From: an uncultured Nitrospinaceae bacterium
GTDB lineage: Bacteria > UBA8248
Direction: 5' to 3'
DNA: 64,000 nucleotides
Assembly: GCA_964005815.1 (NCBI GenBank)
Contig: CAXFSR010000023.1
Location: 32,001 to 96,000 of the forward strand
Shown in pieces: positions 52,650-62,852 of this stretch. The translations under genes were made by a program, and so were the position numbers. Numbering within the stretch: position 1 is the stretch's first letter; each line of letters begins with the position of its first letter. The notes under the pieces were generated by a model. The model made no database searches. It had not been told where the DNA came from and saw only the letters and a program-made list of their open reading frames with translations.

Positions 52650-53849
52650 TTAAATAATTTTTGAGTCAGAGAATTTTTTTAAATCTGCTTTAGAATATCC
52701 TAATTTTAACAAAACTTCTTCAGTATGCTTTCCTTTGGGTGGACCAGCCCATCGTATTTTGCCTGGAGATTCGCTTAGTTGTGGTATTATATTTGGCATT
52801 TTAATTTTCCCCAATTCTTCATCTTCTATTTCAGCAAAAGTTCCTCTTTCTTTTACATGAGGATCTGACATTAGCTGTGCGATATCATTTACCGGAGCTA
52901 GTGCGCTTTCATGTTTAGCAAAATGTTGGATAGTTTCCTCTAAAGTATGAATTTTGATCCAATCTTGTATTGCTTTGTCTAGTTCTTTCATATTAAGAAC
53001 CCTACCCTCTTGGGTCGACATTCTTTTATCTTCAGCCAAATCTTTTCTCCCAACAGCTTCCATAGTTCTTTTAAAAATACTGTCTGTGCTGCAAGAAATA
53101 GCTACATATCTGCCATCTTTGCATTTGTAAGTATTTCTTGGTGCAGAAAATGGAATTGTATTTCCAGTTCTCTCTTGTATTTTTCCCAATTGATCGTACT
53201 CAAGCGATTGAGGACCCAAAAGATGAGTTATTGGTTCATATATTGAGACGTCTATTTCTTGACCTGAGGTGTTATGAACATCTCTATGATAGAGTGCCAT
53301 CATAACAGCATAAGTTCCGCATAATGCACTTATTCCATCAGCAAGAGGAATTGAAGGGAGTGTTGGGGTAGATTCTGGATTTCCTGTTATGTGAGCAAAG
53401 CCACTCATTGCTTCTGCAAGTGTTCCAAAACCCGGTCTGCGAGAATATTTTCCTTTTTGCCCAAACCCACTTGTTCTAACTAAAATGAGTTTTGGATTAA
53501 TTTTATGGAGCTCTTTAAACGACAAATTCCATTTTTCTAGCGTTCCGGGCCTAAAATTTTCAACTAAAACATCAGAACTTTTACAAAGATTTTTAAGAAT
53601 TTCCTGTCCTTTTTTTGTTGAAATATTGCATGTTACGGATTTTTTATTTCTTCCTGCAAATTTCCACCATAATGAAATGCCGTTTTTTTTGGATGCAAAA
53701 TTTCTCAGAGAATCTCCTTTAGGATGTTCTATTTTCACGACGTCAGCACCAAAATCGGCCATATACGTTGCAATCCAAGGACCAGCAAACAATGTGCCGA
53801 CATCAACTACTTTAATCCCTTGTAATGGGAAAGATTTTTCAGATGACAT
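52650..53849 (-). CDS. CaiB/BaiF family III CoA-transferase
   Basis: AGPW, ADFGADVVKIE, RNKKS, ENFRPG. Confidence 0.92.
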   Translation of the reverse strand: MSSEKSFPLQGIKVVDVGTLFAGPWIATYMADFGADVVKIEHPKGDSLRNFASKKNGISLWWKFAGRNKKSVTCNISTKKGQEILKNLCKSSDVLVENFRPGTLEKWNLSFKELHKINPKLILVRTSGFGQKGKYSRRPGFGTLAEAMSGFAHITGNPESTPTLPSIPLADGISALCGTYAVMMALYHRDVHNTSGQEIDVSIYEPITHLLGPQSLEYDQLGKIQERTGNTIPFSAPRNTYKCKDGRYVAISCSTDSIFKRTMEAVGRKDLAEDKRMSTQEGRVLNMKELDKAIQDWIKIHTLEETIQHFAKHESALAPVNDIAQLMSDPHVKERGTFAEIEDEELGKIKMPNIIPQLSESPGKIRWAGPPKGKHTEEVLLKLGYSKADLKKFSDSKII

Positions 53850-54019
53850 AGTATTTCCAAGAGAAGTAATTTTTTAAATGTTTGATTTATTGACTATACT
53901 AGGAAAGACAATTTTTCAAAACCAATATTTATGTGATAATGATGGGAATGAAATATTTATATTTCTTTGATATAAATTCTATTAGCTCTTTTATTTTTTA
54001 GTTTCTAAATGAGGTAAGA

Positions 54020-55054
54020 ATGCGGATTGTTATTTCATTAATCACTTTCCTTGTAATTTCGTTTCCTATTGCAGTTACTGATTTTTCTAATAATACCAGA
54101 GAAATAAATACATACATTGGATCAATAGCTGAAGCTAGAAGATTTGGAGGCATGAGAAGTTTTGGTTTTAGGGGTTCAAGAGGGCTTTTTAGCAGAAGAG
54201 CTTTTGGAGGACGCTCTCGTTTTGGATCTTTTGGTTCGAGAAGATCTGGTTTTGGCAGAAGAGGATTTACTAGGAGGCCTGCTTTTGGTGGATTCGGAAG
54301 AAGTATGTTTGCCGGAATAGGAGGTTTTTTCCTAGGAAGTATGCTCGGAAGAATGCTTTTTCCTGGAATGGGTTATGGGGGGTATGGAGGTGGCTTCGGA
54401 CTTTTAGAGATGATTTTAATTTTTGGAGGAATTTTTCTCCTTATGAGATTTATTAGAAATCGTTCGTTTGCCAGAAGTGCTAGTTATTCTCATGCAAATA
54501 CAGGAATTCAAACTGATCCTTACCAAATAAATTCCGGTTATGGTTATGATGATTCAGGATACGACAACGAAGATAGACAATCAGAAGAAGAAGCTTATGC
54601 TGGTCGCGAAGTTGATGAAGGACTGCGAAATTTAGGAAAGACAGATAATTCTTTTTCCGCGGATACTTTTTCGAGACTAATGAGGACAAATTTTATACGT
54701 TTTCAGGAAGCTTACTCCAATCGTGATATTTCTAAAATCACAGATTTGGTTGATGGAGATATTCTCAAAAGTTGCGAAATTGATATTGAAGAAATGCGTA
54801 GAGAAAAGACCATTAATAAACTCGAAAATATCAATATAGAAAAAAGTGAATTTGTAGAAGTTTGGCAAGAAAACGGCTTTGATTTTATTACGATTCGATA
54901 CGAAGTTAGTCTTTTAGATTATGTAGTACACGAAGGATCTGGAGAACATATTTCTGGAAGTACTTCTGCTCCAATTCACTTTATAGAACATTGGACTTGG
55001 GCAAGAAAAACTGGACCCAATGGATGGTTTTTGTCTGCAATTGAACAGGTTTGA
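54020..55054 (+). CDS. Tim44-like domain membrane protein
   Basis: AEARRFGG Arg/Gly-rich N-terminus, TM segments, C-terminal EHWTWAR...WFLSAIEQ. Confidence 0.85.
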   Translation: MRIVISLITFLVISFPIAVTDFSNNTREINTYIGSIAEARRFGGMRSFGFRGSRGLFSRRAFGGRSRFGSFGSRRSGFGRRGFTRRPAFGGFGRSMFAGIGGFFLGSMLGRMLFPGMGYGGYGGGFGLLEMILIFGGIFLLMRFIRNRSFARSASYSHANTGIQTDPYQINSGYGYDDSGYDNEDRQSEEEAYAGREVDEGLRNLGKTDNSFSADTFSRLMRTNFIRFQEAYSNRDISKITDLVDGDILKSCEIDIEEMRREKTINKLENINIEKSEFVEVWQENGFDFITIRYEVSLLDYVVHEGSGEHISGSTSAPIHFIEHWTWARKTGPNGWFLSAIEQV

Positions 55055-55055
55055 T

Positions 55056-55388
55056 TTAATTTTTTCCTGAAGTATCGTCATTTGTTTCGTCGAGGTGTTC
55101 TTCCCCGTATTTTTTTCCACCTTCCCAGTCTTTAAGTGACCACCATAAGTAAATAATTGTGGACATAATTATCAACATAATGATACCGAAAATAAAAATA
55201 AATTCTTTTGAGAGAGAAGAACGATAATTTGTATTTATTTTTGTTTTGGGTGTTTTGATTGTTTTTTGCGATTTCACATCTATGGGCGTAGTCTGATACT
55301 TATTTAAGGTAATGTAGCCAAGGCCAAACAATACAGACAATATTATTGCCGAACAAATCGGCCATTTTATTCCTTTTTTTTCATTCAA
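55056..55388 (-). CDS. Hypothetical membrane protein
   Basis: Two hydrophobic segments; TTGA overlap with the upstream LLM gene. Confidence 0.6.
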   Translation of the reverse strand: MNEKKGIKWPICSAIILSVLFGLGYITLNKYQTTPIDVKSQKTIKTPKTKINTNYRSSLSKEFIFIFGIIMLIIMSTIIYLWWSLKDWEGGKKYGEEHLDETNDDTSGKN

Positions 55389-56353
55389 TCTCTTGTCCTC
55401 GCAATAACTTCTTCAGAAAGTAATGCCAGCTGATCCAGTTCTTCTTCTGGAGGGCCTGCATGTTTAAACACAAAATGTTTGGCTCCAGCATTTTTAAAAT
55501 TTTCAATCTCTTCCACGCATTTTTCAGGAGGGCCAAAAATAAGATATTTTTCAGCAATACCATTAAAATCCATATTATATCTTCGAGAAAGGTTTTTAAT
55601 GCCGCTTGTAAGTGCACGTTTTTCATCTTTATGTGAATAAATAAATGCGTGATGAGCTGGTGTCCACAGCCCTTCATCTATTTGAAGGGTTGTTCCTATT
55701 TTATTTGCATAATTATGCATCTGTTGTAATCCATCTTTAAATTTTTCAGATGAATAAAGATACGAGATATATCCATTTCCTTTTGTGACTGCACGTTTCC
55801 TTGCAGCATCACTTCTTCCACCAACCCAAATTGGCGGACCACCTTTTGTCAGAGGAGCGGGAGTTTGTCTTACGGAACTAAAATTCCAAAATTTACCTTT
55901 ATGCTGAACATTTTCACCGGTCCAAAGCTTTTTAATTATTTCTATTGATTCATCTGTTCTTTTGCTTCGTTCTGCAACAGGCACTCCGCAAAGCTCAAAC
56001 TCCTTTTGTCCCTCACCACCAATACCTATTCCAAAAATAAATCTATTGCCACCGCTTAAAAAATCAACTGTGGCTGCAATTTTTGCAGAGATAGCAGGTC
56101 TTCGAAGAGGAACTAAAAAAACAGCAGTACCTATCGTTATTTTAGATGTTTTTACAGCGAATGCTGCAAGAGTTGTTAGGCTATCTGTATAATGTCCATG
56201 AAATGCTACATGATCACCCATCCACAAAGAATCGTATCCGCAATTCTCTGCCTGTACAGCAAAGTTTAAAATTTCTTCGGGGGCAGGAATTTTTTCAGGA
56301 TGTAAGCTTGCGCTTACACCAAACTTAGTTTTAACCATCTTTCTATTTTGCAC
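55385..56353 (-). CDS. LLM class flavin-dependent oxidoreductase
   Basis: DSLWMGDH, ATVDFLSGG, PPIWVGG. Confidence 0.9.
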   Translation of the reverse strand: MQNRKMVKTKFGVSASLHPEKIPAPEEILNFAVQAENCGYDSLWMGDHVAFHGHYTDSLTTLAAFAVKTSKITIGTAVFLVPLRRPAISAKIAATVDFLSGGNRFIFGIGIGGEGQKEFELCGVPVAERSKRTDESIEIIKKLWTGENVQHKGKFWNFSSVRQTPAPLTKGGPPIWVGGRSDAARKRAVTKGNGYISYLYSSEKFKDGLQQMHNYANKIGTTLQIDEGLWTPAHHAFIYSHKDEKRALTSGIKNLSRRYNMDFNGIAEKYLIFGPPEKCVEEIENFKNAGAKHFVFKHAGPPEEELDQLALLSEEVIARTRD

Positions 56354-56506
56354 TCAATTTTGTTTATAAAAACCATCTCAGACAAACTCTATCATTGAAT
56401 GAAATTCTTATGTAGACCTATCACTAAACTAAATATTTTTATATTGTGACATTTATCTGGTTTAATAGTTTTTTATCTTTTTTACTGTAATAGGAAAGGA
56501 TTAAAG

Positions 56507-57802
56507 TTGGTTGACATAAAACCATTTCGGGCTCTGCGATATACAAAAATTTCCCCTGAAAAAATGGGAGATGTAACTTCTCCTCCTTATGATGTTTTCA
56601 ACGATGAACTGCAGGATTTATTTTATGAAAAACACCCAAACAATATCGTCCGATTGATACAGGGGAAAAAAGAATCCAGTGAAAGTAACGATGAACCTAG
56701 AGTTACGCGGGCAATTGATTTTTTAAAGCAATGGAAAAAAGAAGGGGTCTTAACTCTTGATGAAAAGCCCTGTGTATTTCCTTACAGGCAAACTTTTTTG
56801 TTGCCTGATGGAAAAAAACTAGAAAGAAACTCTTTTTTTACAACGGTTAAACTTGAGGAATATGGAAAAGGAAAAATCTTTCCTCATGAACAAACTTTTC
56901 CGAAGCCAAAGGGATTTCTTCTTGATTTATGGGGTAAGGCGGGTGCGCATTTAGGTCCAATTTTTAGTTTTTATGATGATGGAGAAGATTTTGCAATCAA
57001 CTCCTTGTCTGCTTCTATTTCAAAAACAAATCTTTTAGCGGACTTCGAAGAGGATGGTGTACGGCATGAACTGTGGTTTTGTGATGATGAAAATGTAATA
57101 GATTTAATCAAATCATCTCTTTCTGAAAAAGATATTTTTATTGCAGATGGACATCATCGCTATGAGACCAGTTTAAATCTTCGTGAATTAGAGGATGAAG
57201 AAAAAAATGTAGAATCAGATTACACATTAATGTGTTTAGCAAATCTAAAAGATCCAGGAATGATCATTCTTCCAACACATCGAATGATAAGAGAGATAAA
57301 TTCTGCTGTTCCTGATTTTTTAAATTCTATTTCTGAACTCTATAATATTATTGAAGAGCCAGATCCGGGAGAAAATGCAGGATCGCTTGTTTCAGAGAAG
57401 TTAAAAAAAATCTCTACTGACCATAATTCTTCTGTTTTTTGTTTTTCTGATGGGAAAGGTACTCTTCGATACCTAATTAGAAAAACAAATCAGGAAGAAA
57501 AAGCAGATGATCCCCTGAAAACACTTGATGTGTCTTTACTTCAATCCGAGATAATAGATGATGGCCTCAAAGCAAGTCATGATGATGGAAATATGAGTTT
57601 TACGCCAGATCCAGAAGAGGCTCTTTCTTTTGCAAGAACAGATGAATTTAATGCGGTGTTGCTTTTAAATCCTACACCAATTGATTCAGTGTGCGAAATC
57701 GCGAAAAAAGGTGGGAAAATGCCTCACAAGTCAACTTATTTCTATCCCAAGCTTAGAACGGGTCTAGTGATTCACCCTTTTTCTTCTCCAGCGACGGATT
57801 AA
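56507..57802 (+). CDS. DUF1015 family protein
   Basis: PFRALRY, SPPYDV, PHE, IADGHHRY, MPHKSTYFYPK. Confidence 0.9.
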   Translation: MVDIKPFRALRYTKISPEKMGDVTSPPYDVFNDELQDLFYEKHPNNIVRLIQGKKESSESNDEPRVTRAIDFLKQWKKEGVLTLDEKPCVFPYRQTFLLPDGKKLERNSFFTTVKLEEYGKGKIFPHEQTFPKPKGFLLDLWGKAGAHLGPIFSFYDDGEDFAINSLSASISKTNLLADFEEDGVRHELWFCDDENVIDLIKSSLSEKDIFIADGHHRYETSLNLRELEDEEKNVESDYTLMCLANLKDPGMIILPTHRMIREINSAVPDFLNSISELYNIIEEPDPGENAGSLVSEKLKKISTDHNSSVFCFSDGKGTLRYLIRKTNQEEKADDPLKTLDVSLLQSEIIDDGLKASHDDGNMSFTPDPEEALSFARTDEFNAVLLLNPTPIDSVCEIAKKGGKMPHKSTYFYPKLRTGLVIHPFSSPATD

Positions 57803-57811
57803 TAGATTAAG

Positions 57812-58420
57812 ATGAAGATTAAATCTAGTGATTTTTTAAAGAGTGCATCAAAAAAAAATGGTTGGCCACAAACGGAACTTCCAGAAATCGCTTTTGCAGG
57901 AAGAAGTAATGTAGGAAAATCTTCGCTTATAAATTTTATTTTAGGTCGGAAAAATCTCGTGAAGGTTAGCAACACACCCGGAAAAACTAGACTTATAAAT
58001 TTTTTTAATATTTATGCTAATCCTTCAGATTTTTTGTTAGTAGATTTGCCTGGATATGGTTTTGCAAAGGGACCTATAAAAGAAAAAGAACAATGGCAAT
58101 TCATGATCGAACAATTTTTAAAAGACAGAAAAGAACTTCTCGGTATTTTTTTGCTTGTAGATTCTAGACGAGGAGTACAAGAAATGGATTTTAATTTGCT
58201 GGAATGGTTGATAGCCTATGACCTTCAGGCATGTCTTGTCTTTACGAAGACAGATAAGATTAAGAGAAATGAACAAGCGAAAATTGCCAAAGATCCAAAT
58301 ATAGGAGATATCATGTCTAAATATAAGGATTTTTCAGGCCCTATTCTCAGTAGCGCTACTCATAAAATTGGCAAAAAAAATATTTTTAATCAGATAGAAA
58401 CATGGCTGGAAATGATTTAG
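57812..58420 (+). CDS. engB: Ribosome biogenesis GTPase YsxC/EngB
   Basis: GRSNVGKSS, PGKT, DLPGYG, TKTD. Confidence 0.95.
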   Translation: MKIKSSDFLKSASKKNGWPQTELPEIAFAGRSNVGKSSLINFILGRKNLVKVSNTPGKTRLINFFNIYANPSDFLLVDLPGYGFAKGPIKEKEQWQFMIEQFLKDRKELLGIFLLVDSRRGVQEMDFNLLEWLIAYDLQACLVFTKTDKIKRNEQAKIAKDPNIGDIMSKYKDFSGPILSSATHKIGKKNIFNQIETWLEMI

Positions 58421-58454
58421 CTTAGAATTAAGAATGTTAGGTTAGGGTTAAATT

Positions 58455-59411
58455 ATGGCGAAAATTAAATCAAATTTAAAGGGTTGGAAGCCAGGGGTTC
58501 CAAACGTAAAGCCAGAGAATCGAGTTTATGATTATCCGATTAAAACAAATAAAAAGCCCAAAAAAAAGGATAGTCTCTTATTTGGCACTGGCGGTGTTCC
58601 CCATTCGGCAAAAATTAAGACTCATCCTTCTGCAGTTAAGAGGCTAAGTGAACTTGGGTTATCAGTTTACGAAATGGAGTTTGTTCACGGAGTAAGAATT
58701 AAACCTGAAACTTGCGAGGAAGTCAAAAAAGAAGCAAAAAACACGGGATTAAATATTACTGCGCATGGACCTTATTATATTAATCTATACTCGATGGAAG
58801 AAGAAAAAATAGAAGCAAGTAGAAAACGTGTAATTGACACTGCTCTAGCCCTTCACTCCTGTGGTGGTGATGGAGCTTGTTTTCACCCCGGTTTTTATCA
58901 AAAAAGGGATGAAAATGAAGTTTATCAATTTATTTTAAAGCAAATAGATGAAATCTTAGATTATCTTCAAGAACAAGGGTGTCCGTGTCGATTAGATCCT
59001 GAAACTACCGGGAAAGGAAGTCAATTCGGTTCTCTTTCCGAATTAACCAAAATGGCTGGTTCTTTAAGAGATAAGAATATAGGGATAACAATGGATTTTG
59101 CTCATATTCACGCACGTACAGCGGGAAAGGAAAATTCTTATGAAGAATTTTCAAACCAATTACAGATGGTAAAGGATAAGCTAGGAAAGAAAGGATTAAA
59201 GTCCATGCATATTCATCTATCTGGAATTGCATATAGTGAAAAGGGAGAGGCACATCATTTAGAATTATCTGAATCTGATATGAATTTTAAAGATTTATTT
59301 CGTGCTTTAATTGATTTTGGAGTTGAGGGAAGAGTTGTTTGCGAAAGTCCTGCCTTGGAATACGATGCGCTTTTGATGCAAAAAGAATATCGAAAGCTAA
59401 ACGGAAGTTAG
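58455..59411 (+). CDS. nfo: Endonuclease IV family AP endonuclease (TIM barrel)
   Basis: HGPYYINL, HPG, ETTGKGSQFG, DFAH, HIHLSG, CESP. Confidence 0.85.
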   Translation: MAKIKSNLKGWKPGVPNVKPENRVYDYPIKTNKKPKKKDSLLFGTGGVPHSAKIKTHPSAVKRLSELGLSVYEMEFVHGVRIKPETCEEVKKEAKNTGLNITAHGPYYINLYSMEEEKIEASRKRVIDTALALHSCGGDGACFHPGFYQKRDENEVYQFILKQIDEILDYLQEQGCPCRLDPETTGKGSQFGSLSELTKMAGSLRDKNIGITMDFAHIHARTAGKENSYEEFSNQLQMVKDKLGKKGLKSMHIHLSGIAYSEKGEAHHLELSESDMNFKDLFRALIDFGVEGRVVCESPALEYDALLMQKEYRKLNGS

Positions 59412-59426
59412 AAAAGGAACATTAAA

Positions 59427-60794
59427 ATGAATGAAATATCTTATCAATTAGCTTCATTTGCACAGCAGTCTAGCTTTGATGATTTATCTGAAGAAGTAAG
59501 AGAGAGAATGAAAGTGTTGCTTTTGGACGCTATAGCATGCGCCATAGGATCCTTACGCTCTGAACCAATTCAATTTTTAAAAGATCAAGTTGAGGAATTC
59601 GGTGGTTCTTCTATAACTTCATTGATTGGTGGAGGGAAAACAGCACCCGATCGAGCTGCTTTCTTTAATGCTGCTTTAATAAGATATCTTGATTTTAATG
59701 ATGGGTATATGGGTAGTCTTGCTACATGTCACCCGAGTGATCAATTAGGAGCTATTTTGGCTGCTTCCGAGTATGCTGATTTAAGCGGGTCTGATTTTAT
59801 GACTGCTCTGGCTCTTGCATATGAAATCCAGTGTCGTTTTTGCGAATTTTGTTCCTATGAAGACAAGGGATTTGATCAAGCTCTGGCAATCTCTTATTCA
59901 ACAGCGGCAGGAGTTTCTAGAGCTTTGAGTTTAGATATAGAAAAAACAGCAAATGCTATTGGAATAAGTGGCGCTTCCCAAAATCCTTTTCTTATTGTTC
60001 GTGCAGGTCGCATTTCTCATTGGAAAGGTTTTTCCACTGCAAACACTTGCGCTAATGCTTTGCACGCAACTTTTCTCGCTATGAGAGGGGTTACAGGACC
60101 ACCTGAAATATTTGAAGGGCCTTTGGGATTGTTTGATTCTATTACTGGCCCCTTTGACATTAACTTGGCAGATACATCAATAAAGAAAGTTCTCGAAATA
60201 AGCTTAAAAAAATTTAATGCTGGAATTCATTCCCAAACAGCCATAGAAGGTGTGATTGAACTAAAAGAAGAAAATGATCTTATTCCTGAAGAAATCTCTG
60301 AAGTTGAAATTGAAATTTATCAGCGTGCTTATTTTATAATGGGTGGAGGTAAGGGTGGAGACAAACATGATGTTCAAAATAAAGAGACCGCAGATCATAG
60401 CCTCCCCTATGTTTTGGCAGCAGCTTTGATAGACAATAATGTAATGCCGGAACAATTTGAAGAAAAGCGAATTTTAGAAGAGGATGTGCAAAGTTTGCTT
60501 AGATGTGTAAAAGTTTCTAATTCTGAGGCACTTACCAATCGGTACCCTCAAGAATCACCAGTAACAATTAAAATTACAAACAAAGAGAATAAAATTTTCA
60601 AAAAGGAAAAATCTTCTTATGAAGGTCATTATTCAAAACCTATGGAATGGTCTACTGTCGTAGAAAAATTTGGATTTCTTTGTGATGATTTTATCTCTGC
60701 CCAAATGAAAGAAGAAATAATAGACGCAGTCTCTCGAATAGATGCAATCCAGGTTTCAGATTTGACAAGCATTATTTCTAAAATGAAAATATAA
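59427..60794 (+). CDS. MmgE/PrpD family protein (2-methylcitrate dehydratase-like)
   Basis: RYLDFND, CHPSD, SHWKG, ETADHSLPY. Confidence 0.9.
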   Translation: MNEISYQLASFAQQSSFDDLSEEVRERMKVLLLDAIACAIGSLRSEPIQFLKDQVEEFGGSSITSLIGGGKTAPDRAAFFNAALIRYLDFNDGYMGSLATCHPSDQLGAILAASEYADLSGSDFMTALALAYEIQCRFCEFCSYEDKGFDQALAISYSTAAGVSRALSLDIEKTANAIGISGASQNPFLIVRAGRISHWKGFSTANTCANALHATFLAMRGVTGPPEIFEGPLGLFDSITGPFDINLADTSIKKVLEISLKKFNAGIHSQTAIEGVIELKEENDLIPEEISEVEIEIYQRAYFIMGGGKGGDKHDVQNKETADHSLPYVLAAALIDNNVMPEQFEEKRILEEDVQSLLRCVKVSNSEALTNRYPQESPVTIKITNKENKIFKKEKSSYEGHYSKPMEWSTVVEKFGFLCDDFISAQMKEEIIDAVSRIDAIQVSDLTSIISKMKI

Positions 60795-60834
60795 AAAATG
60801 ATTTTTATAAGATATAACTTCAATTGAGGGGAAA

Positions 60835-61080
60835 ATGAAAAATATTGACGAGGTAATAGTTTACTCTTCTACGACCTGACCTCCTTGTAAGCAAATGAAA
60901 GAGTTTCTTTCTTTGAATGATATTGTTTTTAAGGAAAAATTAGTTGATCAAGATCCAGATGCACTTACAGAGTTGGTTGAAAAAACTGGAATTAGAGGCA
61001 CACCCGTTATGATTACTGGAGATGATGTGGTAGTTGGTTTTGACAAAAACAAAATAAAGAATATTTTTGATCTAAATTAG
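60835..61080 (+). CDS. Glutaredoxin-like protein, predicted selenoprotein (81 aa)
   Basis: ATG 60835 with GAGGGG RBS: MKNIDEVIVYSSTT-U-PPCKQMKEFL...GTPV...VGFD; TGA 60877-60879 in a UxxC motif. Confidence 0.92.
60889..60913 (+). promoter_or_regulatory. Putative SECIS element of the glutaredoxin gene
   Basis: AAGCAAATGAAA-[GAG]-TTTCTTTCTT bulged AU-rich stem; loop begins 21 nt after the UGA. Confidence 0.55.
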
Positions 61081-61201
61081 GATTAAAATAAAACTCTTTT
61101 TTTTGGATAGTCTTTAGGCTTGGCAGTAACAAAAAGTGGTGTTAATATCTTCTGGTTTTCAGTTTATTAGTTGTTTTGTGGTTGTTTTTTTTGAGGTTTT
61201 T

Positions 61202-62161
61202 TTGAGCAAAAGAGATTTTGAAGTTATTATTGTTGGTGCGGGTCCTGCTGGTTTGACAGCAGGTTTATATGTTTCTCGTTCTAAGATAGATGTAGTTTGT
61301 TTTGAGAAAATGGCTCCAGGCGGTGAAATATTAAATACGGAGTTTGTTGAAGATTATCCTGGTTTTGATTTAATTGGTGGTCCTGAATTGGCTGCTAAAT
61401 TTACGGATCATGCAATAAAATTTGGATTAAAGATAGAAATGGAAGAGGTGCTTGAGATCTCTAAGGATGGAGATGATTTTTTAGTAAAGACCGATATGGG
61501 TGACAGGCGGTGTGGAGCAGTTATCTACACACCAGGCGGAATACCTAGAAAGCTTGAAATTCCTGGAGAAACTGAATATTCTGGAAAGGGTGTAAGTTAT
61601 TGTGCACTTTGTGATGGAGCTTTTTTTCAAGATGAAGTGATCACTGTTGTCGGTGGAGGAAATAGTGCTGTTGAAGAAAGTAACTTTCTTACCAAATATG
61701 GTTCTAAAGTTTATTTGATTCATAGGAGAGAACAATTTAGGGCACATGCTGTTGCAGTTGACAAGTTAGTGGAAAACCCAAAAGTGGAAATTATTACAGA
61801 TCATGTCGTGGATGAAGTTGTTGGTGATGGTAAGGAAATGAAAAAACTCAAAATTCGTAATGTAAAAACGGATGAACAACAGGAATTAGACGCTACAGGG
61901 TTATTTGTTTTTGTTGGATTTACTCCAAACACGGATCTTATCAAAGATCCCGTTGAAAAAGATGAATTTGGCTTTATAATTACTAATCAGAATATGGAGA
62001 CAAATATTCCTGGTCTTTTTGTTGCTGGTGATTGCAGAAGCCAACTTATACGGCAAATTACTAACGCAAGTGGAGATGCTACTACAGCTGCTGTAGCTGC
62101 TGAAAAGTATTTAGAAGCGCAAGTAGAAAGACAAAAAAAGGAAAATGCTGCTGCTTCTTAA
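61202..62161 (+). CDS. trxB: Thioredoxin-disulfide reductase
   Basis: GAGPAG, SYCALCDG, GGGNSAVEE, HRR; probable TTG start at 61202 with GAGG RBS (the ORF extends to 61136). Confidence 0.95.
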   Translation: MSKRDFEVIIVGAGPAGLTAGLYVSRSKIDVVCFEKMAPGGEILNTEFVEDYPGFDLIGGPELAAKFTDHAIKFGLKIEMEEVLEISKDGDDFLVKTDMGDRRCGAVIYTPGGIPRKLEIPGETEYSGKGVSYCALCDGAFFQDEVITVVGGGNSAVEESNFLTKYGSKVYLIHRREQFRAHAVAVDKLVENPKVEIITDHVVDEVVGDGKEMKKLKIRNVKTDEQQELDATGLFVFVGFTPNTDLIKDPVEKDEFGFIITNQNMETNIPGLFVAGDCRSQLIRQITNASGDATTAAVAAEKYLEAQVERQKKENAAAS

Positions 62162-62191
62162 AACTAATAATTATGGAGAATAGATAATAAA

Positions 62192-62848
62192 ATGGAGTTT
62201 TCTAGATCCCTAGGACGTTTCTTTATGACAGATATAGTCAAAGGAATGTTCATCACTATTCGTCATTTGTTTAAAAAACCCGTTACACTTCAATATCCTA
62301 ATGAACGCTGGGAGCCACCGGAAAGATTTCGCGGTTTTCTTGGATTAACGCGTGATTTCAAAACAGGTGAGGAGAATTGTATAGGTTGTTTGAACTGCGA
62401 AAAAGTTTGTCCGGTTGATTGTATTACTATTCTTACCGCAGGAAAAGGTCGCGAGATGTACGCGAAAGAGTTTTATATTGATTATATGAGATGCATGTAT
62501 TGTGGTTTATGCACAGAAGCTTGTCCTACGACACCTAAATCAATTGTACACACACATCAGTATGAGACTATCGGCTATGATAGGGACACCCTCGTTTTTG
62601 ACAAAGATCATCTTTATGACGTTTGGGAGAAAGAGAATAATTACAACGGCCCACGCGCATGGGGAAAGTTTTTTGGCCTAAGAAAACTCGAAGAGGAGAG
62701 ACGTCCTGTTTTAGAAATTGAATCTACTGAAGAAGAAACGGTTGCTGTTGCAGAAAGCGAAGAAAATAGTCCAGCGACAAATAAATTCCAAGCCCCGAAT
62801 ACGGTTGCGAAAACAAAAAGCGAATCTACTGAAAATCCTGAAGGATAA
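62192..62848 (+). CDS. nuoI: NADH-quinone oxidoreductase subunit I-like 2x[4Fe-4S] protein
   Basis: VTLQYP...RFRG, CIGCLNCEKVCP, CMYCGLCTEACP. Confidence 0.85.
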   Translation: MEFSRSLGRFFMTDIVKGMFITIRHLFKKPVTLQYPNERWEPPERFRGFLGLTRDFKTGEENCIGCLNCEKVCPVDCITILTAGKGREMYAKEFYIDYMRCMYCGLCTEACPTTPKSIVHTHQYETIGYDRDTLVFDKDHLYDVWEKENNYNGPRAWGKFFGLRKLEEERRPVLEIESTEEETVAVAESEENSPATNKFQAPNTVAKTKSESTENPEG

Positions 62849-62852
62849 CAAT

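Noticed and set aside
54135..54400. Repetitive TTTGG/AGAAG-rich stretch as a repeat array or CRISPR
   Set aside because: It encodes the Arg/Gly/Phe-rich low-complexity N-terminus of the Tim44-like protein; there is no constant repeat-spacer period.
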